From Bugula neritina (Eukaryota; Animalia; Bryozoa), in the NCBI GenBank assembly GCA_964035545.1, contig OZ037767.1:14386798-14450797 (forward strand): a stretch of DNA of 64,000 bases, read 5' to 3'. Below, one piece after another: positions 11,687-45,500 of this stretch. A model generated the notes under the pieces. The model did no database searches. It worked only from the letters and a program-made list of their open reading frames with translations, and was not told the origin of the DNA. Numbering within the stretch: position 1 is the first letter of the stretch; each line of letters begins with the position of its first letter. Made by a program: the position numbers and the translations under genes.

Positions 11687-13654
11687 TTTGACTGATAGTA
11701 ATAGCGCAACTACTCGCATAATCTCGCGACAAAGAGCCAATCCAACGCGTTTCTTGGACAACAATCCCAGCGTGCAACCCGGTTTGAAATATAACACTAT
11801 TTAGACCAAATTCTAAAGATTTGTTTTGAGCACTAGCGGTTATACTCAACGCACCGAACACCTTGTGTTTAAATAAAAATATAGGTTTAAAATTTTGTTT
11901 GTGAAATTACTATTAATATTACAGCTTTAGTTTACAGTTAGACTTGGTTACACTTACCGTTTCAGTTTGTCATAATTGTTATGAGTATGTTATTATTGTT
12001 TTGTATCTATACTACACTGCATTATAAATACTTTTATTTCAGATTTGTATAAGGCTAGCAGTTTCAGTTGCGTTGGTTAAATGAAAATCAAAGTAAAAGA
12101 TGCTTACAGTTAGTGTTACACTTACACTTTGACTTTCACTTTGACTTTTTGATATTCACAGTGACACTGACAGTAACTTTCATTTTGGGTTTGACACCAT
12201 GGCATTCACGATGACTAAGTGACTAACTGTAGCAGTTACATTTCGACTTATTGTGTTATTGTAACACTTGCACTTACAGTTACAGTTACTCTTGGTCGTA
12301 CTGTAACTCTAACTGTTACTGTTAGACTTACTCTTACTCTTAGAGTTACTCTTAGTCTTACCTTAGTAATAGTAGTTAGACTAAGACTCTAAGAATAATT
12401 AATTCTTATTCTAATTGGGTTAGGCTTTCATTCAAGTCAGTGTTGCACTTGTGACTTAGAGTTAAACTTAATCTTAGTCTTACTATTAGTTAACTCCTAG
12501 AGTTACTGTTAGTCTTACACTAACATTAACTTGAAGTTAAAGTTAATGTTTCAGTGCGTGTAAGTGTTAGTATAGTAAATAGTATTACCAAGTCACTGTT
12601 GCAGTTACTCTTTGTATTACTTTTAGTTTAGTAGGAGTATTTTATGGTTATATTATCATAATGATAATGATAATTACCGTGAGACTCATACTGATGGTGA
12701 TACTTATAATCATAGTCATACTGATAGTAAGGTTTAAAGTTAACAGTATACTGATATTAATACTACTACGGATCTTGATAAAGATTAGATTGCAAATACT
12801 GTAACTCGTTGTTATATTGATATGGACATTTCATATAACAACATAATAGTGTGTAAACTTATTGATAGTATTGTAGTTTTGTGCATAACCTTGTGATTTG
12901 GTGCACATACTTGTTTGGCTGTTAGTTTGAGGTTCAGGTTCAGGTTAGCTTCAGTTCTCATATGTTAAGTCATTAGCTAGGTATCCTGTAAGTGCAATAA
13001 ACCTTCTAAATTACGGTGCCAGTGTGGTGGTACTTCATAGTTTAGTCTTGTAGGTTGAGCACTCACTTCCATTCATTTTTCCCAAATGCAATCATCCTTT
13101 AATCTTGTTTCCTTTCTCCACACACATCTCCATTCATTCTTATTCACTGTATTTTGATTGTTTGGATGGTTGCTTTCCTTTAAGAAACAAAGAAAGTATC
13201 GCATGTGTACTTGTACCAAGTTTCCTGCTCTTAAAGTAACACAACTCTAAATGAATCAGACTTTTAGTTCTGCCTACAAATTATACACTCGATGTTTACA
13301 TAAAGGTAAACAACTAGGATTGAAATTACTTGATATTAACTTATTTTTGTATTCGTTTCATTTTAATCAAACTGCTCTAATCACTGTTGATTTCGACTCA
13401 TTAGAAACAAAAGCCCAGATTTCTTTTCCTTTGCCTCAATAAATAAAATTGATTCTGTTTGGCTTTCATTCTGACTGAAAAATAATTTCAGACTCAGGTT
13501 TTATTTCAATTGAACTCTTTCTGTTGATTGAATAATACTAATAAATTGTTGAAACTTAGTGATACTAATTTCTTGTTCTCATATGTATAAGCTTCACACA
13601 CCTTTCCTACACACAATATATGATGATACTTGGATATAATTACAGCCATGTATC

Positions 13655-27752
<14,098 letters not shown>

Positions 27753-28059
27753 GACACTTAGTCTACGTTCTTCCAAACTTATGGCCACATTTTGCTTATT
27801 TTGTGAGAATTTAAAGTTTTTAACTCGTGAATTTATACTTCCTGAATCAATGGCATAACTTGTATATTATTTGTCAGTTTGGGAAATTGAATTTTTGTAA
27901 TTTTTTTATTTTGAACAAACTGTGTAATTTCTTGGACTATGCAAATATTTATTTGATATTTTAGTTACTAGTTGCCTGCTACTAACATGGATGGTATAGA
28001 ATTAATTTATAGCATTGTTTTACTATGTTTATTTATATTAATATCTTGCCTCTTATACA

Positions 28060-28582
28060 GTTATAGAATATGTGGAGCATGTATAGCATATAGAATGTAG
28101 CACATATAGTATAGAATATGGAGAATAGAGTATGGATTACATAACATATAATGTAGAATATCAAATATATAATATAGAACATGGAATATAGAATGATTAG
28201 GTTTATAATATAGAACATGGAGTGTAGAATATAGAACATAGAATATGGAATATAGAACATAGAATATAGAACATGGAGTATATAATATAGAACATGGAGT
28301 ATAGAATATAGAACATAGAATATAGAACATGGAGTATATAATATAGAACATGGAGTATATAATATAGAACATGGAGTATAGAATATAGAACATAGAATAT
28401 AGAACATGGAGTATATAATATAGAACATGGAGTATAGAATATAGAACATAGAATATGGAATATAGAACATGGAGTATATAATATAGAACATGGAGTATAG
28501 AATATAGAACATGGAGTATATAATATAGAACATGGAGTATAGAATATAGAGCATAGAATATGGAATATAGAATGTAGAATAG
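28060..28582. repeat. Compound satellite (TATAGAACATGGAG / TATAGAA units) downstream of the CEP128 stop
   Basis: Visible tandem array; explains three spurious YSMFYI-type ORFs. Confidence 0.9.
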
Positions 28583-31500
28583 AAAGGTTTGTAGCCTTGT
28601 TAGAATGTTTTGTATTTACCATTTAATTCTGTTCCAGTTTTCTAGACTTTTGTGTTGAATAATGCAAATGATGTTAACATGTGTGTCATGTTGGGGTTTC
28701 AGTGAAATTATTTATTGTTTTTCTTTTGTATTTTATTACGAATCCAGGTACTGGTTATACTAGCTTATGGATTGCTTTTTCATTTGATAGTCATTTTATA
28801 CCAAAGTGTCTTATCTTAATCATCAAAACTGAAGTTATGAGTTCAACTTTTGCTACTGAGTGATTTTTCAGGTGATATAAATAAAAATATTATACCTTTG
28901 TAATTGAAAGACTGCTTTTTTTATTTAAACAATCTTCTATGAATTAACAAGACTTTGGAGTCACTTCTTGAAAGGTTATAACTTGTATGTACAACATTTA
29001 TAACAGATTATTCTGACTATAACATTTATTATTTTTAGTAAAGCATGAAAAAAAACTGAACCTAATTTCAACTTACACAATGAAATAGTAAATGTGTGGA
29101 ATATAAATATTTAAAATGAAATAACATAGTTGGAACCTTATAAAGTGAAATTAGCACGGTAGCATTAAATAGTATAAAATTATTATTATAACTTATAAGT
29201 GCATGTGTACTAAATTAATTGACTCATCCAACTATATATAATGAGCCCACAACTAACCTACCATGGATAATGTAAATTGATAAATAAATTACAACTGATT
29301 AACATCATTATAAATTTATTAAATAATTAATACTATATATTAAGAAGGCCCACGTTTACAATAATTAATAGTAGTTTACATTACTGCTGCTTCAATTCAA
29401 GACATATTAAAATGAGCACATGTTGGCTATACTACACAGTGCAGTATTATATTATTTTCCTACTACTTGAAAGTCTGCAATGGCATACTGTTTTATATGC
29501 AATTTTAGGTGTTGTTTTTGGAATTTTCATACAATACATGTGTATTATACTACGTTACATTGTTATATTGAACCATGTTATTTATTGTCATATTTAGTGA
29601 TATCATATTGCTATATATATTATATTAGATCAGTTTTTATATTAGATTTGTATAGCTTTGTCTATAAAGTTTTAATATAAAGCAGGTTGCAAGCTCAATC
29701 AGTAGTCAGGTGTATATGTAACAGTTATGCTGTGTGCAGTTTACAAATATAAATGTAGTTCCATTATATTTTACATAACCTATTATTCTGTTAACTATTG
29801 TATAGTAGTATTTATATACATACAAGCTGCATAATCATGCGTTTAAATGTCACTACAACTCTTATCTAACTTGGTTACCTTATAATATTAATATTATTTT
29901 AAAACAAATGTAAAAACTGATAAGCTACAGGTGTTAATCATAGTTTAATTACTTATAGTTTTAAAACAGCTTACACATCATATAAGATATTATGAAAATA
30001 TGTATATGAGCTTATATACACTAATATTTGGCAATAACTCACTGTACAAGCTATTATAACTGCTGAACCTATATTTCTTTCCTTTCCTGGCTACTCTACA
30101 CCATATATTAAATATTGTTTTTTTAAAACACCAAAGTATAATGTGTGTATACTGTTACAGTTTTGATGTACAAAGCTCCCATTGTTGGTTCAAAATGTTC
30201 TAAATAAAAAATAAAGCAACATTTTTTGCTGGTATTTGATTACCTCAATGGATGCTAGTTGTTGTTTGGTAAAGCTAATATTTGTGTATTTTACCTTTCA
30301 TATATAGTAACAGCGTGCTGACTGTATACTCAATTGTTTGCTTATTCTTCAACCAATTGAGTTGGCTTCATTACCTTAAGTAAACACTGGTGTACAAAGC
30401 GCTAGCTATGATACTCAATATCTTTGCACTTGGAAATCAACGACCCCATTGGACAGAATTGTATATATTAAACAAACGGCATTTGGTTAACATAAAGATT
30501 ATTGCTATCAAAGCATCCGTTTATTTCAAATAAATTATTGGCAGTAGCTGAGTGAGTGTAATTAGAGTTGGATTGAATACAGCAGTTGAGCTATTCTTTT
30601 CTCGAAGTACTGCCATTACATCAGCACAAACAGGTTAGCAAGTTTTCTAATTTTAGCAAATATTTTGGTTTTTCAGGTGAACTTTTATACGTTGTTTAAA
30701 GACTCGTCTTATATGTAGTTTATTAAATAGAACTATTTAATATTGCAATACATTGGTTTTACAAAAAGCATCCTGAAATAGTAGTTCATTTGTCTAAAGC
30801 TTTATGCATGCCTTTTGTAAGTACAAAAAAATTTTTTCCCTTGCAGTGTATATGTATAGAGATTGTAAAGTCAACTATTACAGTAATTTGAAGCAACTTA
30901 CAATCATGTAATAATATAAAATGAAAAAGAGGAAAAATGACTTTTTAAATGAATCAAACAAAATTTTAGAAAATAGTTTTTGCACGCAGGTTATAGTGAA
31001 TATATATTTAATTATAACATCATGTCCAGAACGACCTATATGACGTTGTATATGTCATCAGACTTCATTAGTATGTTTATATTATGTAGTTAGGTTTCTT
31101 ATCTATCCATGTTACAATAAATAATATAATTGGGTAGCTTTTTTAAGGGATGGCAAGATGCAGCACAAAGTTTGGGGTCACTGCATGCAGTGTAAAATAT
31201 ACACATCACTGTTCAAACCCCAAACCCCTAACCACTGCATTTAGTGACCCCAAACAAGTATATATCATTTTAGTTGTTAAATTTCAAAGAAATTAGTTTT
31301 ATGAGCCAGCACCTGGGTTTGAATCTTTTCAACCTAAGCTCCTTAGCAGGGCATAGTGTTTATTGAGTTAGTGCTGGAAAAATTCAAGCTGCATGCATAC
31401 TGTTGGCAATCACTAACTTTTTGATATCATATTATGATTATATATCCAAAAAAGAAGTTATGAAGCAATTCACTTTCAACCATCTAACTTCTGATGTCTG

Positions 31501-33491
31501 AAAAGTCATGAGGATTTTAGTCTTTAGTATCTAGTGATCAACCATTCTTTTCCAGTACTAGTGTTATATACAATTGTAATTAAAGTTTCAAGAAATGTAG
31601 GTAATTACATTAACCATTAATTCAGATTGAAAGCTATCAATAAGGTGTGTCTATCATTTACTCAATTTATCAATTATTAATCTATTTTCAATTTATAGAT
31701 TTATGCTTCTGTTGTCAACTAAGATGCCCAAGAAGTTGTGTAATTCTCACATACGCCACAGCAAGTATTATGTAGTTTCAACATGTTGAGCTATATTTTC
31801 TCTAGGTTTCCTTACCCCCCCCCCCTCCCGCTTCTCGTTAGCCTAAGATATAAAGTATATTCAAGCGATTCACCACCAGGTTAGTGTGTATTATATTCCC
31901 ACCACCCAATCAAGTCTCCTATATATTAATTTACAAAGCAAACAGAGTCTTAAATTAAGTTTGTCATTGATATAGATGTTTTAGTCCTTGCTGGTTTTAG
32001 ATTTAGTCGACAGTTCAATAATATGAAGATAAGTTTTTGACCGAGTTCTTATAGCCAAAGATGAAATCTTCACCGCAGGCAATATAAATCTACTCTCAAA
32101 GTGCATATACCCTACCAGGATGTGTTTATTTAATTAGACACGTAATCATTACACAAACAATAAAGTAATTCTGTTATAGCAATCTTAAATACCCTAAGGG
32201 ATAGCCTTAGCTTACAGAAGCATGTCTTTTACATAGTCTAAGTTCTACTCCTATTTGGTGAGTGGATAGGCTAATCATGCTTCAGTGTAATATAATTAAA
32301 TCCTCATTATAGAACTGAACTAATTGTTATATCAATATCTTGTAAGGTTGAATTGGTGATTGGTTAATATAAACTACATTACATATTGTTGTCAAGTGCA
32401 GATAAACCAGGAAATTAAAATTTTCAGTTACAAATAACAAATTAATTCTAATACATGTTTTATAGAACTATTTTACTGTAAAAACATATTGGAAACAATA
32501 GGTAAGAATATATAAAATGCATTTTGAAATAGGTTTATTAATGTTTCAAATGGAATATTATAATAAATTTGAGCTCAGTCCCTGATTTGAAATTAAATAT
32601 ATTTAAATATAATATTGGTATACTATATGGTATTATGATAGTATTGCAACTTAACATAGTGTGATACAATATTATGCAACTTAAATGTTCAACAGACTTT
32701 TTTCAGTATAAAACCAGTTAAATTATAATTTCTAAGTATGTATTCATTGTATATTATTGCTGCATTCAAACCCTGGCAAAGTAATCTTCTAAATGCCATC
32801 CCAAGCACTGAAGGGTTTAGCTACACTGTTATTGCTATATTCACAATATTATTATGTATTATTTTATTGTTGCAATTAATGAGTATGTAGACTCATACGT
32901 ATAGCCTTAGGTTAAATGAAGAAAGAGATAAAGCGTTGCAAACACTTGAGTATGTACAATAGAAGTCAATTATAGTTCTCACCTTTAGATGATATCTCAT
33001 CTAAAGGCCAAATCATTTCACTTTCCTTTGCACTGGTAATCAATTATTGATGTTTTTGATATATTTCTCTTTGCTGTGCATTGACCTGTCTGGGTGGAAT
33101 TGACTATTACAGTGTAGAGATGCATTCAGCCATCAATGGTGGCATATTGAGTATATATTTTAATTATTAACAGGATGGTGGAAAATTGAACTTGATTATA
33201 AAAGGAAATTTGTTTGCTCTCAAGCTGAATGACATTTCTATTTGCTTACAATTGGTCTTATCACTAGGAAAAGTGAGACTCAACTAAAACTCAAGTCTGA
33301 GAAACTTTTCTTGAGTAACCCAAGTATCTCTTATGTAACCACTTCGTCTAATACAGAGTGTTTTCATTCTTTTAAATAAGAACTTTTATTAGCCCAAGTT
33401 CTTTAGCTCGCTTTAGAAGTTTGGTTTGCAATTTGCATAGTTATTAAGTTGAAACATAATTTTGTTTGCTACATTTTTCATGTAATGTGTA

Positions 33492-33600
33492 GTAGTGTGG
33501 AGTTTACCCAGTAGTCCAGTGGTATGATGGTTAGCATTTAGCGCGCCTGCTTGCAAGCCAGAGGTCTTGGGTTCAAACCCCATTGAGGGCAAATTATTTT
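33492..33600 (+). mobile_element. tRNA-like repeat, family 2
   Basis: A-box-like GTGGTATGATGG and B-box-like GGTTCAAACCC; similar to 34520-34592 and 45170-45268. Confidence 0.65.
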
Positions 33601-34197
33601 TCACATTTAAACACAAACTATATTCTAATTACTCCACCTGGCTTATCATCTAAACCTTGTATCAATATGCAATAGAACATTTCAGGACATAGTAATATAT
33701 ACCATGCCTTATTATAATGGAGTAATTAATGCAAATGATGATATAACTATTTTGAGACATAAGCTTGTTCATATGAAGCATACATGTAGATATTATACAG
33801 AACTTAGTATTATAATTACTTCTAAGTTATGCAATATATATAGTCACAGAAATGACATAATATAAAGTGCACGATATATTGTTATATGAAATACATACAT
33901 TTATATACTCTTCAGAATGTTTGCTTACGAATGCAAATATAAAATTAGGCTAATTTTCTGTTTAGTTATCCACAGATTTTGCTTAAAGAAAAATATTATT
34001 GCAAATTGTGTTTTGCAAAAAGTGCTTTCTATGCACTGCAGGCGAAGAAAATATTCAATAGAAAAAATATGTATATACTGCATAAGATGAAGTTAATATA
34101 AAATTATAATTTAATATAATATAATTTCAGAGCACAACTTCAAATTCAAGATAATAGTAACTTATTTAAATACTGTTATTATTGCAGACGTCTCAGT

Positions 34198-35331
34198 ATG
34201 AGTGAGTCACGGCCAGAAAGCACCATTGCTTCCCTCAGTGACATCACCACTAGCAGCAGAAGTACAGCTTTGAGACAGAAAGGGAAATATATCAGGTCTC
34301 CTATGTACCTATCACTGCATTCATCAGAATCAACTTCTTTAGCCAATGACACGAGAGGTGACAAAACGTGGCTGCCAAGTTCTGAGACAGAGGTAAAATC
34401 ATTCTTCACTTCTACCAACAGCATGTTTGAAGCTATAAGCACAGTCACATCTATGCATGCAGTAGTTTTAAACTACACAACACTTTTAAACAGATTGGAA
34501 ATATTCTGTCTTATAAAAAATAATTGCCCCCACTGGGAATTGAACCCGAGGCCTGCGGCTTGAAAGCAAGGGTGCTAACCATTATACCACATTTCATCAC
34601 CGCATGTTTAACTATAAGTTCAACAAAAATCAAAATGCTAAAATATATTAAAAGAATGAACCCGTGAGTTTGGCTTCATAATTTACAAACTTAAAGATGT
34701 CCATATATTGTTAGCATACATAAAATGTTACATTTTTATTAGTAGGTGTAAGCTCTAGTATATGCTACTCTATCTCAAGATGTCTAAATGATTTTAGAAG
34801 AATGAAGCTAAGTTACGGAAAGGATTTCTGCCGCTAATAAATGGGTCATCACTGTCTGCATCAAAGAGCACTTCCTCCCACACACTAAGACTCTACAGCT
34901 CCTGCGAGTATTGTATGGGGACACCGAAACTTGTCACCAGATCCCAGAGCCTCTCAGACTGCTGGACTCGTGACGGCAACCCTCACCAACCAATCAGATG
35001 CTCTCATAGACACCATCAACCAATCACATCCTCTCATAGAAACTATCACCAGAAGCAACTTGATAAAAGAAAACTGACTATCAGTCACTCAGCTCCTGCG
35101 ATTATTCAGCCGTTTGAAGAAACGTTATTGCCGACTCACAACATATTCTTTGCTGGTCGTCCACCTTCACCAAAGATCCCAAAAATAGAGAAAGCAGTTT
35201 GTGTGGAGGCCTTGACACCCGTCTTGAGTACAACAAAGAAAACTAGACCGGGTGCTAAGAAGGTGAAGTTTGTGGATGAAGTCAACCGGTCAAACTATGA
35301 TAACAGGAAGTCAGCTGTTCTAGTCAACTAA
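34198..35331 (+). CDS. Uncharacterised Ser/Thr-rich protein with C-terminal KKVKF motif (5' part uncertain)
   Basis: Exon 34188-34392 (GAG|GTAAAA) splices in frame to exon 34798-35331 (tttAG|AAG ... TAA). No family recognised; upstream exons at 30.5-32.1 kb are unresolved. Confidence 0.55.
34520..34592 (-). mobile_element. tRNA-like repeat, family 2
   Basis: Reverse-complement similarity to 33520-33600, including the A- and B-box-like segments. Confidence 0.6.
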
Positions 35332-36972
35332 GCGATCCATTCAATTTTGTAGAGATTTTTGTAATATTTTGAAATTTTGATAAATCTAATACATTAATGG
35401 TGATAAAAATAGCATATTTTAGCACCTTTTATTTGCTTTCTATTAATTAGTATCTCTTTTATTATATAAAGTATTAAATAATAAAATGTTGTCAACAGTT
35501 TATTGTAGAAAGTCTGGATTTGGTCTATTTTTGAATTACAAAATATAATGTACATAAATAATAACAATCCTATTTATGTTATCTTATGTGAAAGTCATAT
35601 ACTAAAAATATACATTTGCCATGCATGTAAGTCATAGAGCTATATATTTTTATTACAGTCAGAAACATGTTATGTATCTAAAATACAGTGCCTAAAGATG
35701 TTTCTATATTTATGTATAGACTTAATAAATTATTTTTATTACTTCTTTTGCTCTTAATTTATTTCTGCATTTTCTTCAGATATTGGTGATATCAAATATA
35801 TTGGATGAATAGCAAACCAAATATTGTGTAACATACAAGACGCCTAGCTAACACTCAACCTATAGTTTGTCTTGTACATTTACTGTAGTTCTTTATTTAA
35901 AGCAAAGGTAAACATTCTATTTCACGACTATAATTACATCTATTTGCCTGGGCAATGTTCAATATAAAAACTACATTATATACTGTGCATTAATTAGGTA
36001 ACAGTACACTAAATAAGCAGACATTTTGTTTAAGAACATATTGATAGGTAATGCATACTATAGAACCAGTGTTACCCACTCAGTGCTTATAGACACCTGC
36101 TCTAGTAATCATTTCTAGATAGAGTAGTATTGTATTACTATGTTGGCGTACCATGCAACTAATTTTACTCAAATTCAAATGACTAATTATTTCACTTATA
36201 TAATATGTCAATATATAATAGCCTATAGGCTATATTATAAATTACTATATAGTAATTTATACAAATTGGTGATGAATGCATTTAGAATCAGCTTATATGT
36301 TTAAAATTAGCTTTTGTATAGAATGATCGAATGTGTACTGCTCCATATGTATTTTTTCAATTTTCAGTTAATGTTTTCTGGGTTTATATGCAGCTTTAAG
36401 TTTATGCTGTAGATATTGACATCCTGATTTAGCAAGAAATATGTTTTTGTTTTCTTTGGTTTTGGGAATTCCAATGCACTGTTAGTGTTACTTTCTGACT
36501 ACACTCACATTGTCACTTGTACCTACATAATTTACATGCATGTGACATACGATTTTCAGACAACATAGAACTGTAAGTCATAATTCGCGTCTAGCATTAA
36601 AAGTATAATTCATTAGATTTTCTTATCTTTATTTGAATCATTTTAATGGCTACTGTGGAATAGTTTCATTCAAAATGTGTAACTTTAGTTTTGAATTTAT
36701 ATAACCTAACAACTGGTATAGCTTTTCAAGTTTTACGTAGCTCATTGTTGACAAGAGGATATTAGTGTTATGGGCTCATGCATTATACAATACACTCTTT
36801 TGTTTTCTAATGAACTTTTAAATATTGATTTTCCCAGGAAAAACACAAAAAGTTGATAATTATAGCGCAGGAGCTTAAATTATTTAAATATTTATTTCTG
36901 ACCCAGTATTACAATATATTATCAACAGATCAAATGCCAGTCCAATTTCCTAGATCAAAACGTATAGATTGT

Positions 36973-41722
<4,750 letters not shown>

Positions 41723-42020
41723 TTTGATTTTGTTTTACCATTGGTTTCCGGTAAATCTTGAAACATATTATAAAAGGCAAATAAAAAATAATTTTGTGAC
41801 AAAAACTAATTAAAAAATATGAAATAAAAAAAATTCTTTTATTAAAAAATAATGACTGATAGTTTCTTATTTAAAAGTGTTCTGTTTCAGTTTTCAGTTT
41901 CCGGAGGTGTGTTCTATAATTTGTACCTAGCAATACTGTCAACAACCTGCTCAACCATGACCACGTTTGTACGAAAATCAAAATGAACATTATTTTTCAA
42001 GCTCTAGAACTTGTACGTTC
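41723..42020. promoter_or_regulatory. Probable bidirectional promoter PSMC4/TTLL11
   Basis: Divergent genes with about 800 bp between start codons; ETS-like TTCCGG at 41746 and 41899. Confidence 0.45.
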
Positions 42021-42523
42021 ATATAATTACACCCAGCTAAGTTGGGCTGGAAAATATTTTTTGAAATTATTGTAAGTTTTTACAATTGCAAAATTTGAAA
42101 AAGTAAATTCTTAAAATGTAAAATTTTAAACCTAAACTAATAGTAATATTAATAAAAATAATATTCTAATCTAATGTCACCATTACTATTAGTATTACTT
42201 TAGTATAAGTATTGCTATTATGATTAGACTGTAAATTACTTACTGGTGTAATTACAAAAATAATTCAGTCTAGTACCTTGATTTTTGGACAGCACTAATG
42301 AGGTTACTGTTTCAGTGTCAGTTAAATCTAAGGTTGACAGATTTACAATAAATATCGTTTTTTTCATTGTATTTATTGAACGTAAATTTAGTTTTTAATT
42401 TTAGAAATACATTTGTTGATGTCTTGCAGGCTATAGAAAAACTACTCAAAATCTTAATTATTGAAACAGTTTTACATATTCACACGCATGTTTTATTAAA
42501 TACTTATTATAGAAGATGTCAGA

Positions 42524-45500
42524 ATGAGTCATCCATTTCCAATCACCGCCAAGAATTCACAGCCAGTGCCATCATTCCTTGAAAGGTCACGGCTTCCCAT
42601 AGAGGAGATTCGCAAGGACCCATTTAAGCTGACTCGACAGAGATCTAGACTGAAACCAGCCAAACAAGAAGAACGTATAAATTCTGCAACTCAAGTTTCA
42701 GTTGACGTCACCAGGTGTCGAAATATTAGCAGAAGCTTACGAAAGATTGCTGAGGAGTTGGGATTCAAAGTATGGTCAACTCCAAGAACACTTGGAATAT
42801 GTGACATTTACTGGCAATCGCATCAAATAGAAAACTTTCACTTCTTTTATAAAGGTGGTTCCATTAACAAGTTTCCTCAAATGAGCGACATTTTACGAAA
42901 GATAAATCTGACAAGAGCTTTGTATAACCTCCAGTCACTTTTTCCTGGCGAATATGACTATTATCCGAAAACTTGGTTTCTTCCGCAACAGTTCCACGAA
43001 TTTTGTGCTGATGCTGCTTATGAAAAGCGAATAAATAAAGAAGAGAAGAAGAACAAAAAATCTCCTGTGTATATAGTTAAACCCGATGCCGGCACTCAGG
43101 GTGAAGGAATTTACTTGATCAAAGATCCCCACGATTATGTCATACCCAAGTCACACGTCACTCACGCAGTCCAAGAGTACATCAGTAACCCATTTCTATT
43201 GGAAAAAACTAAATTTGACCTTCGAGTTTATGTAGTCATTCTTAGCATAAATCCTATCAATATTTTCATCAGTAAGGACGGGTTGGCAAGATTTTGCACT
43301 GTCCCGTACAAACAGCCAACTAACAAGAACCTAAGTGACTCGTATATGCACCTAACTAACTATAGTCTGAATAAGTTTAGTGACACCTATATACACACAG
43401 ATAAGCTGAATGACGGATCTAAACGAACCATAACCAGTGTTCTAGATCAACTTGCTAAACTTGGTAAGTATTTTTCGTTAATTTGTAGAATTTTAGATAT
43501 CAGTGCCACCTTCATATCTCAGTACCTCAATTCATGACATAGTAAAATATCATATTTAACTCATTTATTTGTTAGATTTGGCCATTTTGTCCTTATACAC
43601 ATATACATAAGCCACAAAATGGGGGTCCAAGCCCTTCTCGAGAACTATAGAACTTCGTCAAAAATAGAACAGTGAGATATGGAGGGGGGCACTGTATTTT
43701 CATTGTTCTGTACCTGTACTTGCAATTGCCAATAATAATCATTTCTTCTGTATGATCTACTATTATATTAATTTTCTTCTTGCTTATTTAAGGGCTTAAA
43801 ATGCAGGTAAGATATTTTGCATGCGGACTATCATCATTCATCACCTGTTCATTTTGCTTCTGACACTAAATTTTAGGAACTTATCATTTACTGAATTTTT
43901 GTTGCTTCCTAGACTTGACTTCTTGTAGCGCCAAAAACTAAAAGTTCACGACAACCTAAACCAGAAACCTTACTTTTAAACTGCTGAATGTATTTGACAC
44001 AATTTTATCAAACAGTCTACCCTATTCTCAGTTGGCTGAGCAACGTAACATAATTTAAACATTATATGTACTGTTTAAGTAATTACTAGCTTAAAATCAA
44101 TCATCATATCGACTTGCTGTGTACACACAGGTTGGAGAAAGTTTGTCATATTTCTCCGTCTCTTGGGGGTTAATTATGCAATCTAGGTGAAGTATTTAAG
44201 GTAATGCAATCAGTAATCATATTGATAAAACGAGTCACTTTTCCTACCAGCTTATGTAGTTAGTTGAACAACTGGAGAAAAGAAACTCAATAAAATCGCC
44301 GGTGATAAGTTATATTTAGGAGATCAGCAAGAAGTTGTTTTTGGAATATATTTGCTTCACCAAGATTTGACTTGATGAATATATGACTTGGGTTTTACGT
44401 ATGTGTGACTTAAGACATTTGGTTATTAAAATACAGACACTTGTAGTAAGCTTCTAAATATGCTGCTTTAGCATTGTTCTTAAATTGATGACTTTAGACT
44501 CCAGTCTGTACTCAGTCACAGCTATTCATAGATATAATGGTTTAAAATAGCATTAGCAAAATATGCAGTCAACATAAAGGCACAATTGAGTTGAACTATA
44601 TAATGCATAATTTAAAACTGCACATTGCTTATTTTCATTGTGCTGCCTCATTAGTTAGAACAATGTGTACTCAAGGACCTCTGTAATAACTATCAGGAGT
44701 TGTGCTTTTAGCCAGGAATTGAACACTGCACTTTTTTACATATAAATTACACCAAGTTGTACGCTGCTACTGAAAGTTTGTGTTATCAAAGAAATTTACA
44801 TGTATTATGTTTTTTATCATTAGTTCTTACAAGATAGATACTTCCAAGTTAATTACATCATTACCTACCTTCCAGCTATACCTAGGGAGTCAGTAAATTA
44901 ATTGTAGCGTTAGTACCGCAAGTTGTTTGAATTTCTAAATAATCAATAGTAATGAATACATTTATATGCTTTACTTTCCTTCTACTATCTCACCCTGCTA
45001 TCCTTATAATTCTATTATATGAATGCTGGCTGTCACCAATTTTATTTTATTAGTCTTTATTATTTCCAAACAAGTAGAGTGTTTTCATTCCCCTCATTTT
45101 ATGACTCGTTCTGTATTTTTTGAACTGCTCCAATGAAAGTTTCGTCCTTTTGCTAATTAAACTCTGTAAAATAATTGTTACCACCGGGAATCGAACCCGA
45201 GTCCTCTGGCTTGTAAGCAAGTGTGCTACCATTACACCACGGAGGCCACTGGGTAAACTCTACACTACAAACTTTGCTTTTATTCCATGCAGGTCACAAT
45301 ACAGAGGAGTTGTGGACCAACATAGAGAAGGTTATTGTAAAAACGATGTTAGCCGGCATGCCAGAGCTACAAATTGCGTATAACTTGACCATCAAGTCCA
45401 ACAATAAAGTCAAATGTTTCCACATACTCGGTAATTACATCCTTGCCCAGTTTCCCTCTCATTCATAAATAGGTTTCAAGTTTTTGTATTTCTCTAGTCC

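Noticed and set aside
28033-28622. Three long ORFs on the - strand
   Set aside because: Translations of a satellite; no coding signal.
31700-32120. Upstream coding exons for the 34-35 kb gene
   Set aside because: Splice-like signals exist, but I could not build a stop-free, phase-consistent chain; they may be UTR exons.
45175-45250. Functional tRNA gene
   Set aside because: D- and T-arms are good, but the anticodon arm has a mismatch and a 6-nt loop, and diverged copies exist nearby; treated as a tRNA-derived repeat.
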